A stretch of 47,661 bases of DNA from a virus (Duplodnaviria > Caudoviricetes), in IMG/VR virus record IMGVR_UViG_3300015603_000077, positions 1-47,661 of that record; one strand, written 5' to 3'. The notes under the pieces were generated by a model. That model did not search any database. It saw only the letters and a program-made list of their open reading frames with translations, and was not told the DNA's origin. The position numbers and the translations under genes are program-made. Below, piece by piece: positions 34,420 through 45,640 of the stretch (the stretch's first letter is position 1; every line of letters starts with the position of its first letter).

Positions 34420-34423
34420 ACTT

Positions 34424-35536
34424 ATGGCTCTTAATGTAGAAGAAGCTATCGCAAAATATTCTGGAGGAGACGATGCTTACGCGTTGAAATTGAAGGAGGG
34501 CATTAGAAATGCCATGGGATATTCAAATTACCAAGCAAAACTTAAAGGTGCTATCGAAGCGCCTATTAATTCTGGAGATGTTTCTGGAATGGATCCAGCC
34601 ACTATCGCGCGGAATCGAGCATCAAAGGCAGGAATCAATCAGGATAATGTACAGCAAAATGCCAATATTGTTGATACGATTGATAGAACTTCTGGAGCAT
34701 TAGCTGATGCTCAGGCCGCGAGAGATCGCGCTGCCGCTAAAGCCAAGAAAGATGCTATGGGAATTGATAATGGAGTTGTTTTCCAGCCGAAAGATAAGTT
34801 GGACGAAATGATTTTGGCCTACCAGCAAAACCCAAAGAATCCAGATGGTAGCGTGAAGTCTTTGCAGCAATTCGAATCTGAAACCAATACTTTTTTTGGA
34901 AAAGATATGTTTGGTCCAGATGCTAATAAAGGAATCGCTGGCGGTGGTACAGCTCCAGAATTTACGCTGGATGATGTAAAAAATCGTATTGCTGAACGTG
35001 TTCCAAAAGACTTTATCGGAAATGAAGATAAATATTCTTTGATGTCTCAGGGATATTCAGAAAAACAAGCCAAAGAATTTCAAGGAGCGCTCCGGTATGA
35101 TACGATGTCAGCTCCTGAAAAACTTATTTATCAGGTTTCAAATCCTGAGATGGCTAAGAAATTGGAGTCAGGTGCAATCAGCAAAGACCTTATTCAAGAT
35201 ATTGGTACCACAACCGATCCGAAGACCGGACAAACGGTTCCAAAATATTCTTTTGAGGAATTGAAAGCCAAATATCCAAACGTACAGGATTCTGATTTGA
35301 AGACGATGATCGCTCCAGTAGAAAAGAAGGCCATGGCTGATGATATTTCTCAATGGTACACGCCAGAAATGAAATCTGCCGTTGAAGATATGGTTGGCAA
35401 TGAAGGATATGCAAAATGGATGGCTGACGATAAATATAAGGAATTGAAAGCTAAATTAAACCTTGAATACGGTAGAGTGTTTACGGATAGAGATATTGAC
35501 CAAATAATCTATAGTATCATTCGCCCATCCCAATAA
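34424..35536 (+). CDS. internal virion/ejection protein
   Basis: helical; directly before the giant protein. Confidence 0.55.
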   Translation: MALNVEEAIAKYSGGDDAYALKLKEGIRNAMGYSNYQAKLKGAIEAPINSGDVSGMDPATIARNRASKAGINQDNVQQNANIVDTIDRTSGALADAQAARDRAAAKAKKDAMGIDNGVVFQPKDKLDEMILAYQQNPKNPDGSVKSLQQFESETNTFFGKDMFGPDANKGIAGGGTAPEFTLDDVKNRIAERVPKDFIGNEDKYSLMSQGYSEKQAKEFQGALRYDTMSAPEKLIYQVSNPEMAKKLESGAISKDLIQDIGTTTDPKTGQTVPKYSFEELKAKYPNVQDSDLKTMIAPVEKKAMADDISQWYTPEMKSAVEDMVGNEGYAKWMADDKYKELKAKLNLEYGRVFTDRDIDQIIYSIIRPSQ

Positions 35537-35538
35537 AT

Positions 35539-38500
35539 ATGGGGAGACTATACCAGCGCGAGAAGACATTTGAACTTCGACAGGCCGAGGCGATACCCAA
35601 AAACACTGGGGATTTCTCGGCCGGTTTTACGACTGGTTGGCTATCTACAAAACAACTTGGTGCTGGGGCTGTCGCTGCCGCCGGTGATGCTATTGGAAAT
35701 GAAGATGTTCGCCAGTATGGAGTAGACAAATATAAGAGTCTTGAGACTCAAATGCAACCATACCAAAAAGATAGACCTACAAGTGTAGAAGATATTAAAG
35801 GTGTAGGATCCGCCATCGACTGGGCGCAATATCAATTAGGAAACTTAGCTCCATCCATGATTGAAAGTCTTGGATCAGCACTTATTGGAGCTGGAGTTGG
35901 CGCTGTCGCCGGGTCAACTATCGGCCCAGAAGGAACCGCTGCCGGTGGAGTCGGTGGTTTTATGGCTGGGCTTACAGAAAAAGCACTTGTAAAAGGATAC
36001 CTAGAAAAACAGGTTGCCAAAATGGTTGCTACAGGAGTTGCTGAAGACGTCGCTAAAACTCAGGCTACAAAGTATGTAGCGAAAAAAGCCGGTGCCGCGG
36101 TGGTTATGTTCGGAAATTCGTATATTCAAGGTGTTGGAGATGTTTATGGCGAGACAATGGACGCGAATGGAAAAGGAAACGCTATGGCTGCCTTTTTAGG
36201 CGCTGTACCGTATGCTGCTATTGATACGATCGTAGATATGTCTGTTATTGGACGAACACTGTCCGGGACAAAAGGAGAAAGCGTATTGAGACGGTATGCA
36301 GCGGCCATAGCAGCTGATGCAACCTCTGAGGGAGCGCAGGAGTCAGGACAAGAAGCTATTCTTATGGCTGCCGGTGTCGCTAATGGACAATCTTATGATA
36401 CAAATACTGTTATTTCTCGCCTTGGAAATAGTTTTGCCGCTGCTGCTTTAGGTGGTGGCGCTGTTGGTATAACCGGTGGACACAAAGCAAAAGTGGCTAC
36501 AAAAACTGATATTACTCAGAATAAAGATGTTCCATTTACCGATGTTCCTAACCCAAAGGCTGAAGAAATATTTACCAAGACTATCCAGGCGCTACCAGAA
36601 AAGACGGTAAACGCTACTGTTGAAGGATTAGCGCGTCCAATGTCTCCAGAAATGATATCATCGCTTTCATCTGAAGAACTTCAGCATGTTGGGATTGCCT
36701 TAAACGCAGCTAAGGAGATTCCAGGAGCAAACATACAGGCGATCGAAAGTAATATTCAGATGATTGAAGCTACTGGAAATAAAATTCCTACTGTTCAGCC
36801 AGCGCCTATTGAAATAAAAACACCCGCAACTTCCGTTCCAGTTTTAACTGAAAAACCAGTAGTCGCTACTGAGAAAAAAGTTGCTGCGCCAGTAAAAGAA
36901 ACAATCGCATCAGAAACAAAACCTGCTGAGGTTATTCTGCAAGAAAAATTCGATAAGGAACAATTGGTTCGGGAGAGTGAAAATTTGACAACTGCTAAAA
37001 AACTTCAAGAAACGATGGTTAAAAAACTCGGTGAACCAAATGCTGATCTGACTACCACTATTAAAGGAATGGAAGAACGAGTAAATTCGCTAAAAAATAA
37101 GGTAGACGAAGCAAGCACAGAAAAAAAATCTTCTCCTCGTATCGAGGCAGCTCGCGCAAATAACAAAATAAAGGCAGAAAAAGCAAGAATATCTGATAGA
37201 GAAAAAGCGATAAAACAAGCGTCGGATAGAAAGGCAAAAGAGGAAGAGGCTCAAACAAAGGAAAAAAAGGTTGTTAAAAATGAGAAGCAATTAGAGGCAA
37301 CTACCGAAAAAGTGAAGTACGATCATAAAAGCGGAGTGGTTGATGTCACTGTTAGAGCGCGAGGGGTAATCGCTGGTTTTGATGTGTTTGCGGCTGAAGG
37401 AAAAAACGGCGAGAATATGGTGTATGACAAAAAGACAGGTTTGATGATGGATTCTTCTCGATTCAAGAACGGAAAAAGAGCCATTGAAGACGTGAAGAAT
37501 AGGCTTATAGAAAAAGCTGGCGATGAAAGCAAACTGAAGAAAGCAATGGAAGCCGGGCATACCCGGAACGGTTCTATTGATGGATCCCAAAAACCAGAGG
37601 CAGTACCTGAGGTTAAAAAAGAAAAGAAGCCACGAGTAAAGAAGACTGTTGTTAAAGCAATAGAACAAACAAAGTCGGCAGTTATGACTACCGGAAACCA
37701 GGCAATCGAAAGCGATCGTGATGCTATTGAAGATTTCGGAGAAAAGATTGGTGGAGCAAAAAAGGAACTCTGGTCTAAACGCGGACTAGATACAGTTGAT
37801 TTGCTCGAAATGAATGAGCGCGAGATTGAAAAACATCTCAAAAAAGATAATATTTGGTTCCGAAATTATGATAAGATGGCTGCCGATAATGTTCCAGCTC
37901 CTATTATCATGTTCAATAAGATCGTCCGAGATTCTCTTGCCCCAAAGATTTATTATTTGCGATCTGATGTTACTCCTGAACTCAAGAAGGCTAGAAATGA
38001 GGAGTATGTAAATTTTGTAAAAGAAGTTCAGCAAGCGGTCTCCGAAGTGAAAACGATGGATGATGTAAAGAATTTCTTCAGAAACTTCACTACAAAAAAT
38101 GGATATGCCACTGAAGTACCAAAAACTTATGGCACTGGCGGAACGTCTCTGGAATATACTGCTAAAGCAAAAGAAAACGCTTTCTTTGATAGAAAATTCG
38201 CTAGAGGCGTACAAATTCGTGGTGATTATGGGTTAATGATCCTTGCCCAAGACGCTGCGAAACAACAGTTTGGCGTATCAAAAGAAGACAAAATGGCTAA
38301 AGATCTAGAATTTTTGATGGATGATAAGAGCCTTACTTTTTATGTTGCCAAGAAAGGAAAATACTTCGGTTCTATTTTGAAATCAGGATTTGCTACAAAG
38401 GAAGATGCCCAGTCTTGGGCCAAGGAAAATATGGCCAAGAAAAAGACTTCTGGAAAAAAGAAGTTCATTCCTACTCAACTGGAACATATTAAACGTACTG

Positions 38501-41500
38501 GATTCGATTACCGTGAAGGAAATACTAAAGATATGGCCGGAACCGATCTCTTAAATGAGTTCGGATTTAAGGGTGGAGAATTTGGTAATTGGATGAACGA
38601 AAAGGATCGTCAAGCATCTCTCAATTATGCGTATGATGCCCTCAGCGACCTTGCAGATGCTCTTGGTATAGAAAATATCAATGTAGCCTTTGATAAGACG
38701 CTCAGCATCGCTTTTGGCTCTCGCGGAGTGGCTGGTGCAGCAGCACACTACGAACCAGACCGGAAAGTATTCAATCTGACCAAGATGAATGGGGCAGGGA
38801 GTACTGCACACGAATGGTGGCACGGTTTGGAGGACTATTTAGCTACCAAGGGAGATATTCTGAAGTCTCAAGCATTCTTGGAGCTGAAGCGAGTACTGAA
38901 AGAAAAACCAGCTACTGATTTTGAGATTGCTGCTAAAAAGGAAAAAGAAGTAGCTAAAAAAGCTAGGAACATTGAAATAACTCTCAAAAATATTCTGGAG
39001 TATCGCGGAGAAATGAAAGCACTTACTGCTGAGAAACAAGCGGAATACGATACGATTAAAGCTGATGTAATGGCCGGAAAAGTAGATCGCCTCGCTGCTT
39101 TGGATGCTTTCGCAAAAAAGACAACTGGACGAAAAATAAGTCCTAAAGAATTGAATAATATGAGCTGGTGGTCTCGCGCCATCTCTCGTGTTGATGATAC
39201 TACGGGAAAAACTACATCTACAAAGTACTACGAGGATTCTGCTGAAGCCGGGAATGTTTATTCTAAGGATGGTGGGTATTGGACGTCCTCAGAAGAGATG
39301 CTTGCTCGGGCGTTTGCTTCTTATATCACTGACAAAACTGAAGGAAATTCAGATTACTTGAGCGGACATTCAGAATCGACCATCTTCCAAGATGAGAAAG
39401 GTGAGATTCGCCGAGCATTTCCATACGGAGAAGAACGGACGACTATTAATGATGCTTTCGACAAATTCTTTGAAGAAGTAAAGGCGGCTGGAGTATTTAC
39501 CGATCGTTCCGTGGACGAAGAGCAGAAGAAGGTTTCATACGACAATGCACGAGACTATCCAGTTTTTGAGAATGTATCTGATGATGAAATATTGCAAACA
39601 TTCAGTCAAACGGATGTAGAAAAGAAAATTGAGGCGATAAGAGCCACCGTGAATCCGAATATACGGAAACGCATTGTTTTCAATATAGTAAAAAAAATTG
39701 CGGACAGACATGGAAATGTAAGTTGGGGTCATTATAATCGAAACACGGATGAGATCACTATTTCCAGGGAACAAGGAAAAGACACGCTAGAAAAGACGAT
39801 CGTTCATGAAATTATGCACAATGCCTATAGTTTTTTCAATCGGAATGAACGTATAGCAGTTATCAAGTACATAGACAGCCTGAGTTTGCAAGAAAAACGA
39901 GACATTCTTGGAAAAGGACCTGACGGTACATGGCGATATGATACCTACATGGAGCGATACAACGGCAATAGCAGTATGATGGCGGAAGAAATAATCGTTA
40001 CAGAAGTTGCTAATCGTCATACAGCAAATAAACTAATCATTGCTATCCGTAACATGATCTCTTCGATCATTCAACTGGTTCATCAGGTAACCGGACTTTT
40101 AGATGCACAATACAAAGGAATCAAAGCCAGGGAAACTTTCTACGGCGTTTTCGATGATTCAGGGAAGACGTTTAGTAATGTAGCTTGGGGAAATGTTGAT
40201 ACAGGAATTTTAGCCAATATAGCTCGAGAGTCTGGGGTTTGGAAAGGAAAATTATCCAAGAAATCTATAGAGAAGATACTCGCACCGATAAATATTGACT
40301 TGAATGTTACTGCAAAAAATAACCTTCGCACTCAACAGATATTCAATAACGCTTGGAGGAAACTTTACAAAGAAGAGGCGCCAGGAAAACTCGCTGATCT
40401 TCTTATTCAGCCTTCTAATGTTGATGTTATCCATAAAGGGAATGAAATTTCTTTCGCTTCAGGGAAAAGAGTCGGGAGAGAAAAGGCCGAAGTGAAGTCG
40501 CGAGAAGAAAAACAGATTATACGAGAGAAGAGTGCGGCAAAGATTAAAGAGATCCGGTCGTCTCTTCGAACAATGTTCAAAGAAAAAATAGCCACCGCGC
40601 AAGAAATAAAAGCCAAGGTTATTGAGTATGTCAAAGAAAATTTACCTAAAAATATGCACGGTAAATATTTGGTATCAGTAAAAAATGCCAGGACAAGTGA
40701 AAATTTGAAAAAGGTTATTGCATCAGTAGATGAACGAAGATCCAAATATGAACGAAGTATTTTAGTAGATTCTATAAATGAAGTAGCAAATAATATTCAG
40801 AATTTGCCAGTAGATATTCAGCGTACCATTATCCAGATTACTTCTGAACTAGAACTAAAAAAGCATACCAAGAAGTTGCTTCAGAGGTTGAATAGTACGA
40901 AGGAATATTTGGATAAGCAAGAAACTGATCATGAAATGCCTCGTCGAGTTCTCAATGAACTAGGCATCCTTGAACGAACTCCATTCGAAGAACTTTCTAC
41001 TCAGCAACTGATTGATATCAATAATAAGTTCCAGCAATACAATAATGTCGGCCGTAATATCATGAAGGACAAGGCTGTTCTGGCTAAAAAGACACTGGAA
41101 GAAACCCTTACCGAGCTGGAAAATTCATCCACTAATATGGATAAAACAAAACCAGAGGAAAGACTGAACACTTTCGTGAAAGATAACCTGGCCAATCCGG
41201 ATGAAACAATGTCATTCAAGGATAAGGCTAAGGAGTTTTTTTCTATGGACAAGGACAAGTTTGTTAGACTACGACTCTCCTTAATGGGGATGGATCGTCT
41301 TTTCAATTTATTGGATGGCCGTGCTGATTATAAGGGTGCAAACTACAATACTTTCAAAGTTCCGGTGGACGAAAAACATAATCAATGGCAATACGCTGAA
41401 GACAAAATCAAACGATCGTTCTATAACACTCTTAATGAATTGAAATTGACTGAGAAAAATTCCAAGCGTATCGCGATCTATGCTTATATGCAACAGCGCG

Positions 41501-42990
41501 GCGGAGTAAAGAAGTTGATTGAAGATCATGGATATACCAAAAAACAACTCGAAGCTATCCAGCTTACTGAGAAGGAAATGGCGATGTATAAATTCATGAG
41601 AAATCATCTTGATGAACTGCATACCGCGCTTACTGAAAAAATGGCCAAAGAAAATAATGTACGATTGGGAAAGCAAGAAAACTACTTTCCTATGATGACA
41701 AACTATGGCGTTGCAAAGCCATTATTGGAGGAATTGGAACAAATGGGCCGGATGAAGTCAGTCGTGTTCGGAGCTACAAAAGAGCGACAGGAAAATGCTC
41801 ATCAGGTTTTGAAACTCGATGCCTTTCAAGTGTTCGATTCTTATGTTGGAAAATCCACCTATTTTATCGCGATGGATTCTACTATCCAGAATTTAAACAA
41901 GATTGCTTCTTCAGATAAGTACCGCGCATCGGTAGGAGAAAATGCCCAGCGGTCAGTTTTGACCTGGCTTGATGTCCTCGCTAGAAAAGGTGGAGCCGTT
42001 AAGAAGGAAGCAAAATGGGAAGAAAAACTGAACGAATTTAATAATAAACTTTCTATAGTAGTCCTTGGTCTTCGACTCACAACTATAGTAAAACAGCCAC
42101 TCGCGCTTCTTGATGGCGCTGCTGAAATTGGTGCATACGCTTTTGCTGGTACAAGAATGATTCTTAATGAAGAATGGCGAAGTTTCATTGATGAAAATAG
42201 TTCTGAAATGAGAAACCGCGCCGGTGGAGACCCTGCTTTTATGGAAATATCTCATAATAAATTTCTTCCTACAATCCAAGATAAAGCAATGGCGCCTATT
42301 AAATTCCTCGATCAATATACTGCTGGTGCTGTTTGGGCCGGAGCTTATACCAAAAAAATGGACGAACTTGGACTACTGGTTGATTTCAGTTCAACAAACT
42401 CTGAAGCATTGAAATATGCAAACCTTGTCGTCCGCAAGACTCAAGCATCTGGAAGCTTTAAAGACCTTCCACTCGCAATGGTCAACGAATATCGTACAGC
42501 ATCAAAGTTGATGTTTAAATTCCAAACTTTCGTTTTGAACCGATGGGGATATATCAGCGAAGATCTTCCAGACAAAATGAAGAACAATAAAAAACTTGCT
42601 GTCCAACAAGTGATGTTTTTGTCTTTATCAATGCTCGCAGAAGTTGGTGTCAATAGCGCATATAAGAGTATAATGGGGACGAGTGGGCCAGAAGATAAAG
42701 ACAATATGTTTATCAGGGCAATTAAAAATATTTTAGCATCATCAATCCAAACAGTTCCGTTTCTTGGGCAACTCATTTCATCTACCAGTTACGGATCGAA
42801 CCCAATGCCGTTAGTTGAGTTCGGAAATAAATTTTTTGACTCACTGAAACAGATTAAGGATGCTAAAAAGATGAGTACCAAGGAAAAACATATTCTGAGA
42901 GCAATGTCATATTCCGCCGGTGTCTACTGGGGCATTCCTACAGAACAGGCTCGTCAGTTACTGGAGAGCTGGTTATTTCCAACAAAATAA
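35539..42990 (+). CDS. giant ejection/polyvalent protein (LPD5-like, LPD1-like and two zincin HExxH domains)
   Basis: G/A-rich hydrophobic N-terminus; IEDFGEKIGGAKKE; GEFGNW...AHYEP...AHEWWH; YW.S.EEMLARAF; VHEIMH. Confidence 0.8.
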   Translation: MGRLYQREKTFELRQAEAIPKNTGDFSAGFTTGWLSTKQLGAGAVAAAGDAIGNEDVRQYGVDKYKSLETQMQPYQKDRPTSVEDIKGVGSAIDWAQYQLGNLAPSMIESLGSALIGAGVGAVAGSTIGPEGTAAGGVGGFMAGLTEKALVKGYLEKQVAKMVATGVAEDVAKTQATKYVAKKAGAAVVMFGNSYIQGVGDVYGETMDANGKGNAMAAFLGAVPYAAIDTIVDMSVIGRTLSGTKGESVLRRYAAAIAADATSEGAQESGQEAILMAAGVANGQSYDTNTVISRLGNSFAAAALGGGAVGITGGHKAKVATKTDITQNKDVPFTDVPNPKAEEIFTKTIQALPEKTVNATVEGLARPMSPEMISSLSSEELQHVGIALNAAKEIPGANIQAIESNIQMIEATGNKIPTVQPAPIEIKTPATSVPVLTEKPVVATEKKVAAPVKETIASETKPAEVILQEKFDKEQLVRESENLTTAKKLQETMVKKLGEPNADLTTTIKGMEERVNSLKNKVDEASTEKKSSPRIEAARANNKIKAEKARISDREKAIKQASDRKAKEEEAQTKEKKVVKNEKQLEATTEKVKYDHKSGVVDVTVRARGVIAGFDVFAAEGKNGENMVYDKKTGLMMDSSRFKNGKRAIEDVKNRLIEKAGDESKLKKAMEAGHTRNGSIDGSQKPEAVPEVKKEKKPRVKKTVVKAIEQTKSAVMTTGNQAIESDRDAIEDFGEKIGGAKKELWSKRGLDTVDLLEMNEREIEKHLKKDNIWFRNYDKMAADNVPAPIIMFNKIVRDSLAPKIYYLRSDVTPELKKARNEEYVNFVKEVQQAVSEVKTMDDVKNFFRNFTTKNGYATEVPKTYGTGGTSLEYTAKAKENAFFDRKFARGVQIRGDYGLMILAQDAAKQQFGVSKEDKMAKDLEFLMDDKSLTFYVAKKGKYFGSILKSGFATKEDAQSWAKENMAKKKTSGKKKFIPTQLEHIKRTGFDYREGNTKDMAGTDLLNEFGFKGGEFGNWMNEKDRQASLNYAYDALSDLADALGIENINVAFDKTLSIAFGSRGVAGAAAHYEPDRKVFNLTKMNGAGSTAHEWWHGLEDYLATKGDILKSQAFLELKRVLKEKPATDFEIAAKKEKEVAKKARNIEITLKNILEYRGEMKALTAEKQAEYDTIKADVMAGKVDRLAALDAFAKKTTGRKISPKELNNMSWWSRAISRVDDTTGKTTSTKYYEDSAEAGNVYSKDGGYWTSSEEMLARAFASYITDKTEGNSDYLSGHSESTIFQDEKGEIRRAFPYGEERTTINDAFDKFFEEVKAAGVFTDRSVDEEQKKVSYDNARDYPVFENVSDDEILQTFSQTDVEKKIEAIRATVNPNIRKRIVFNIVKKIADRHGNVSWGHYNRNTDEITISREQGKDTLEKTIVHEIMHNAYSFFNRNERIAVIKYIDSLSLQEKRDILGKGPDGTWRYDTYMERYNGNSSMMAEEIIVTEVANRHTANKLIIAIRNMISSIIQLVHQVTGLLDAQYKGIKARETFYGVFDDSGKTFSNVAWGNVDTGILANIARESGVWKGKLSKKSIEKILAPINIDLNVTAKNNLRTQQIFNNAWRKLYKEEAPGKLADLLIQPSNVDVIHKGNEISFASGKRVGREKAEVKSREEKQIIREKSAAKIKEIRSSLRTMFKEKIATAQEIKAKVIEYVKENLPKNMHGKYLVSVKNARTSENLKKVIASVDERRSKYERSILVDSINEVANNIQNLPVDIQRTIIQITSELELKKHTKKLLQRLNSTKEYLDKQETDHEMPRRVLNELGILERTPFEELSTQQLIDINNKFQQYNNVGRNIMKDKAVLAKKTLEETLTELENSSTNMDKTKPEERLNTFVKDNLANPDETMSFKDKAKEFFSMDKDKFVRLRLSLMGMDRLFNLLDGRADYKGANYNTFKVPVDEKHNQWQYAEDKIKRSFYNTLNELKLTEKNSKRIAIYAYMQQRGGVKKLIEDHGYTKKQLEAIQLTEKEMAMYKFMRNHLDELHTALTEKMAKENNVRLGKQENYFPMMTNYGVAKPLLEELEQMGRMKSVVFGATKERQENAHQVLKLDAFQVFDSYVGKSTYFIAMDSTIQNLNKIASSDKYRASVGENAQRSVLTWLDVLARKGGAVKKEAKWEEKLNEFNNKLSIVVLGLRLTTIVKQPLALLDGAAEIGAYAFAGTRMILNEEWRSFIDENSSEMRNRAGGDPAFMEISHNKFLPTIQDKAMAPIKFLDQYTAGAVWAGAYTKKMDELGLLVDFSSTNSEALKYANLVVRKTQASGSFKDLPLAMVNEYRTASKLMFKFQTFVLNRWGYISEDLPDKMKNNKKLAVQQVMFLSLSMLAEVGVNSAYKSIMGTSGPEDKDNMFIRAIKNILASSIQTVPFLGQLISSTSYGSNPMPLVEFGNKFFDSLKQIKDAKKMSTKEKHILRAMSYSAGVYWGIPTEQARQLLESWLFPTK

Positions 42991-43011
42991 TTAATTTTTA
43001 AGCACAAAAGT

Positions 43012-43455
43012 ATGCAAATACTATCGCAAAGAGATCCGCGCTGGTCATTCAAGAAGATTGGCCAATCGCAGGAAACAGTAGGGAAAAAAGGCTGTGTCAT
43101 TACTGACATATCTATGTCCTTATCTTGGGCTGGATGTTTTTTTGACCCAGGATATTTAGCAAAATATTTGAAGTTCACATTATCTGGTTTGGTATATTGG
43201 AACAGCATTTCAGATATTAGTTGCATGAAATTTGTGTGGCGCGGATATCCATCAAATTTCAAACAATCTCAAGTAGATGAGGCACTAAAAAGTTCTCAGA
43301 AAACATGTCTTTTAAATGTTGACGGTGGCGCCCACTGGGTATTGGGAATTTATCGCATTCCATTTACGACAAAATACTGGGTAGCAGATCCGTGGACCGG
43401 CACTAGGAAATTTTATTCTGGAGTTATCGGATACGCTATATTGCAAAAAAAATAA
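43012..43455 (+). CDS. C39-like cysteine peptidase (candidate endolysin)
   Basis: SQRDPRW...KGC..T..SM...HWVL...VADPW (Q/C/H/D). Confidence 0.8.
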   Translation: MQILSQRDPRWSFKKIGQSQETVGKKGCVITDISMSLSWAGCFFDPGYLAKYLKFTLSGLVYWNSISDISCMKFVWRGYPSNFKQSQVDEALKSSQKTCLLNVDGGAHWVLGIYRIPFTTKYWVADPWTGTRKFYSGVIGYAILQKK

Positions 43456-43505
43456 TATAGCGTCTGGTCTGTCTCTTTTGTGATTCAGGTCGGTAAAAGA
43501 TAGGC

Positions 43506-43568
43506 AAAAAAGGCTTAAACCAACTGAAACATATTACTATTCTTCAGCTCTTGGTCTAAGCTTTTTTT
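43506..43568 (+). terminator. long imperfect hairpin with U tract
   Basis: AAAAAAGGCTTA...TAAGCTTTTTTT. Confidence 0.55.
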
Positions 43569-43587
43569 GTACCTATTTTGTTAATAG

Positions 43588-43616
43588 TTGACAGAACTTT
43601 TATACTGTGATAATAT
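43588..43616 (+). promoter_or_regulatory. sigma70 promoter of the recombination operon
   Basis: TTGACA-17-TAATAT with TG extension. Confidence 0.7.
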
Positions 43617-43649
43617 AGATGAGTACTTAACTATTAATAAAAAATAAGT

Positions 43650-44045
43650 ATGGAAATCCCAAACAGTATAGTGAGAGTAAGCGCAATCGAACAGCTCGAA
43701 GGAAAGATAAAATTAGAGAGCGCCACATGGGCAGGAAGACTCGCTGAGAAAGTAGAGGCTGAAAAAAATATGATTGGAGGAGATTTCACTGAAGCACAAT
43801 TAGAGAATTACCAGAAGGCAGTGAATTTCTTGTCCGGTAAGGATCAGAAATCGTTTACTCGCGCTTTTAGTAAGTTGTCTCAAGACGAACAATCTGATTA
43901 TACTAATGTTATCGCATACAAGACCGCTGAAAGTCGGGTGAACAATGCGATAGTTCAAATGGAAACGTGTATGGCTCGAATAGAAGCGTGTGTTGAGGTT
44001 AAAAAGTTATTTGAAGCTTCCATCCCGGCTGAACCAATGATATGA
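43650..44045 (+). CDS. hypothetical helical protein
   Basis: first ORF after the promoter. Confidence 0.6.
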   Translation: MEIPNSIVRVSAIEQLEGKIKLESATWAGRLAEKVEAEKNMIGGDFTEAQLENYQKAVNFLSGKDQKSFTRAFSKLSQDEQSDYTNVIAYKTAESRVNNAIVQMETCMARIEACVEVKKLFEASIPAEPMI

Positions 44046-44308
44046 AAATAATACCAGAGAAAATGTACTCTGGAGTTGAAGTCCAAAAAATTGCCGGAAT
44101 CAAGTCGCGCCAATATATCGCGAAGTATATCAAGGAAGGATATCTGATCGCCTTATCAACAGGAGAGGGCCAGGGGCATCGGTATATGATTCCAGGAACT
44201 TGTTTGGAGGACTTCCTCACCAGATACAAAAAAGGACTTACCAATGGCAAGAAGTATACGCCGGAGGAAATTAAAAAAATACTAGAAGAAACTATTAAAA
44301 AACTATGA
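44042..44308 (+). CDS. excisionase-like HTH DNA-binding protein
   Basis: MYSGVEVQKIAGIKSRQYIAKYIKEGYL.A......RYMI....LEDFL. Confidence 0.7.
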   Translation: MKIIPEKMYSGVEVQKIAGIKSRQYIAKYIKEGYLIALSTGEGQGHRYMIPGTCLEDFLTRYKKGLTNGKKYTPEEIKKILEETIKKL

Positions 44309-44787
44309 AGAGAATAACACTCAATAAGGGATTTTCCCTGGTCGATGATGAGGATTATGAATATCTTAATCAGTTTAATTGGCAACTCCATGAGGGATAT
44401 GCTAGAAGAAATTGTCTTATAGCTGGAAAAATAACGCCAATTTATATGCACCGCGAAATATTAAAATTAGAAAAAGGATCTAAATTTATAGCGGATCATG
44501 TCAATAGGAATAAGCTGGATAATAGACAGAAAAATTTGCGTATCTGCACTAGGAGACAAAATGTAGGAAATGCAAAAATATGGTCTACAAACACCAGCGG
44601 ACATCGCGGAGTTATAAAGAATAGTAATAAAAAAAGAAATATCTGGACAGCTACAATATGTCCAAATAATAAGAAAGTTTTTTTAGGAAATTTTGACAAA
44701 ATAGAAGATGCAGCACTAGCTTATAATGACGCGGCATTCAAATTATTCGGGAAATTCGCTAAATTAAACACCATCACACATGAATAA
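44305..44787 (+). CDS. HNH-AP2 homing endonuclease
   Basis: VDDEDYE, MHREI, DHVNRNKLDNRQKNLR, NTSGHRGV, LG.F....AALAYN.AA..LFG.FA.LN. Confidence 0.9.
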   Translation: MKRITLNKGFSLVDDEDYEYLNQFNWQLHEGYARRNCLIAGKITPIYMHREILKLEKGSKFIADHVNRNKLDNRQKNLRICTRRQNVGNAKIWSTNTSGHRGVIKNSNKKRNIWTATICPNNKKVFLGNFDKIEDAALAYNDAAFKLFGKFAKLNTITHE

Positions 44788-45640
44788 ATCAACTATAACA
44801 TTAATTGAGACAAGTCTGGGCCATTGGTATCAGATTGAGGGAGAAGAATTTCAAGAGCCATTATATCTTCCATCTTCAACTACAATTCTAAACTGCTTCC
44901 CAAATCCGGGACTGGATATGTGGTTTCAAACTACTGATTATGAAGAAATCAAACGGAAGCAGGATGAAGGGAAGAGACAGGGTACAAAAGTTCATAAGAT
45001 AATTGAACTGAGAATCCTTGGCCAGACAGTACTAGGAAGTGGCATCACAGATACTCAGATAACGATTCTAGGCCTTTCAGAGAAGAAGTTGATCAACTAT
45101 CTCAAGGAACCACTTACTGAACGTGAGGAAGAGGCTATGGTGGGTGCAGAGAACTTCTGGGAAGAGTTCCTCCCGATCACAGTGGCATCAGAGATAATGG
45201 TTTATTCCAAAAAGTATGGGTATGCAGGAACCGCCGACTGGGTAGGGTACCTCTGGGATAAGAAAAAGAAGAAGTACGAACTCTGGCTTGTGGACTGGAA
45301 AATATCGAAGACCACAGATAGAAGTTATGATTTACAATTAGTCAGTTATTGGAAAGCTTTTGGAGAAACTTATGGGAAGAATCATCCAAATATGCGACTA
45401 GGTATTTTGCAACTCGGAGCCAATAAATGTAATTATTCTTTCAAAGAAGTAAAGAATAAAAAAGGCGATGAGTCTAAGGATAAAAACAAGGCAAAGAAAA
45501 TTGCTTGGGGTTTATTTCTGAAGACAAAGGCCATATACGATGATCTTCATCCAAACAGTAAGCCGCAAGTAACGAAGAGGCGAGAACAATTTGATGCTTT
45601 TCCAATCTATAAGAAAAAGGGAAAGTCAGTAAAAATATGA
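44780..45640 (+). CDS. PD-(D/E)XK exonuclease (RecB/YqaJ-like)
   Basis: PSSTTIL, GTKVH, YAGTAD, LVDWK, QLVSY. Confidence 0.8.
   Translation: MNKSTITLIETSLGHWYQIEGEEFQEPLYLPSSTTILNCFPNPGLDMWFQTTDYEEIKRKQDEGKRQGTKVHKIIELRILGQTVLGSGITDTQITILGLSEKKLINYLKEPLTEREEEAMVGAENFWEEFLPITVASEIMVYSKKYGYAGTADWVGYLWDKKKKKYELWLVDWKISKTTDRSYDLQLVSYWKAFGETYGKNHPNMRLGILQLGANKCNYSFKEVKNKKGDESKDKNKAKKIAWGLFLKTKAIYDDLHPNSKPQVTKRREQFDAFPIYKKKGKSVKI

Noticed and set aside
35641-43262. numerous minus-strand ORFs over the giant gene
   Set aside because: no motifs; antisense to a clearly coding frame
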